A stretch of 38,199 bases of DNA from an uncultured bacterium (lineage in GTDB: Bacteria > CAZSTA01). The first letter of the stretch is position 1. Each line of letters begins with the position of its first letter. Location of the stretch: the NCBI GenBank assembly GCA_964609495.1, contig CAZSTA010000009.1:1-38199 (forward strand), in the 5' to 3' direction. The translations under genes and the position numbers were made by a program. This document shows positions 37,249-38,199 of this stretch, piece after piece. The notes under the pieces are model-generated. The model ran no database searches, was not told the DNA's origin, and saw nothing but the letters and a program-made list of their open reading frames with translations.

Positions 37249-38157
37249 GTGAGTAAACGTGGAAGGGTTAGTGCGGTATTAAGGAAAAATAGGCGGAATG
37301 GATTACTATTTATATTACCTTGGTTAATGGGATTCCTAATTTTTGGGTTATATCCGCTTGGAGCCTCAATTTATTACAGTTTTACCTCCTATGATGGCCT
37401 TACCTCCCCAAAGTTTATCGGCACTACAAACTATACAAATCTATTCCAAGATCCTCTTTTCTGGAAATCTCTATATAATACTCTATTTTATGCAGCATTT
37501 GCTATACCTTTAGGTGCAATCTGGGGTATAACTGTCGCCTTGCTTTTAAATTCAAATGTTAGAGGGATAGCTATATATCGCACTCTTTACTATATACCAA
37601 GTATAGTTCCGGTAGTGGGAATTTCTATAGTGTGGATATGGCTTCTAAATCCCCAATACGGAATTGTAAATAGCATATTATACCTATTATTTAGAATTCC
37701 TGGTCCAGGATGGCTCGCAGATGTCCGATGGTCCAAGCCTTCCCTCATTTTAATGAGTTTGTGGGCTATAGGACAAGCGGCCTTAATTTATCTAGCTGGT
37801 CTCCAAGATGTCCCTATATCCCTATATGAAGCCGCAGAGATAGATGGAGCTAGCAATTGGCAAAAAACTATTAATATTACTATTCCGATGATAAGCCCAG
37901 TAATATTCTTCAATGTGGTTATGGGCTTAATTGGTTCTTTTCAATATTTTACCCAAGCTTATATAATGACAGGCGGTGGACCTGCCGATTCAACGCTCTT
38001 CTATTCACTTTATCTGTATAACAATTCGTTCCGTTACTTTAAGATGGGCTATGCCTCAGCTATGGCCTGGATACTTTTCCTCATAATATTCGGATGCACC
38101 TTCTTATTATTTAAAAGCTCTGCTAGGTGGGTATATTATGGAGGTCAAGCTAGATGA
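37249..38157 (+). CDS. Carbohydrate ABC transporter permease (MalF/UgpA-like)
   Basis: FILPWLMGF, LYEAAEIDGA, TGGGP, MGYASAMAW, WVYY; GTG start after GGAGGAGG. Confidence 0.93.
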   Translation: MSKRGRVSAVLRKNRRNGLLFILPWLMGFLIFGLYPLGASIYYSFTSYDGLTSPKFIGTTNYTNLFQDPLFWKSLYNTLFYAAFAIPLGAIWGITVALLLNSNVRGIAIYRTLYYIPSIVPVVGISIVWIWLLNPQYGIVNSILYLLFRIPGPGWLADVRWSKPSLILMSLWAIGQAALIYLAGLQDVPISLYEAAEIDGASNWQKTINITIPMISPVIFFNVVMGLIGSFQYFTQAYIMTGGGPADSTLFYSLYLYNNSFRYFKMGYASAMAWILFLIIFGCTFLLFKSSARWVYYGGQAR

Positions 38158-38199
38158 ACCCGACCTTGACGGATAGCCACAATTACCAACTGTCGAACT
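38154..38199 (+). CDS. Start of the next gene (probably the second permease), truncated by the window end
   Basis: ATGA overlap with the permease stop, GGAGG upstream, frame open to the window end. Confidence 0.45.
   Translation, partial: MNPTLTDSHNYQLSN

Overview
Bacterial chromosomal window, probably from a metagenome-assembled scaffold (one 100-N gap at 21365-21464). It has near-consensus sigma70/sigmaA promoters and strong Shine-Dalgarno (SD) sites; a predicted beta-barrel outer-membrane protein hints at a diderm cell. The + strand block (1-12.8 kb) holds the 3' half of cysS, three GNAT acetyltransferases, a secreted acetolactate-decarboxylase-like/CARDB protein, a nucleoside deaminase, a sugar ABC transporter, a YjbH-like barrel, a sugar isomerase and polX. 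The long - strand block (12.8-36.9 kb) starts with an M1-peptidase-like secreted protein with a DExxH motif, a GT2/methyltransferase pair and a cold-shock gene. It continues with an Opp/Dpp ABC operon interrupted by an AT-rich putative m4C restriction-modification cassette and a catabolic run (SGNH, GNAT, ThuA, URO-D-like, hypothetical, AKR, GH172, Nif3). It ends with a two-gene operon: an intact tyrosine recombinase and a 786-aa beta-CASP nuclease carrying a duplicated winged-helix/beta-barrel-like C-terminal extension, preceded by a promoter region with short repeated motifs. That operon is the best candidate for an undescribed system. Two copies of a ~115-125 bp REP-doublet-like intergenic repeat are present. 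No tRNA, rRNA or CRISPR array was seen. All product calls come from motif recognition by eye; no database search was run.
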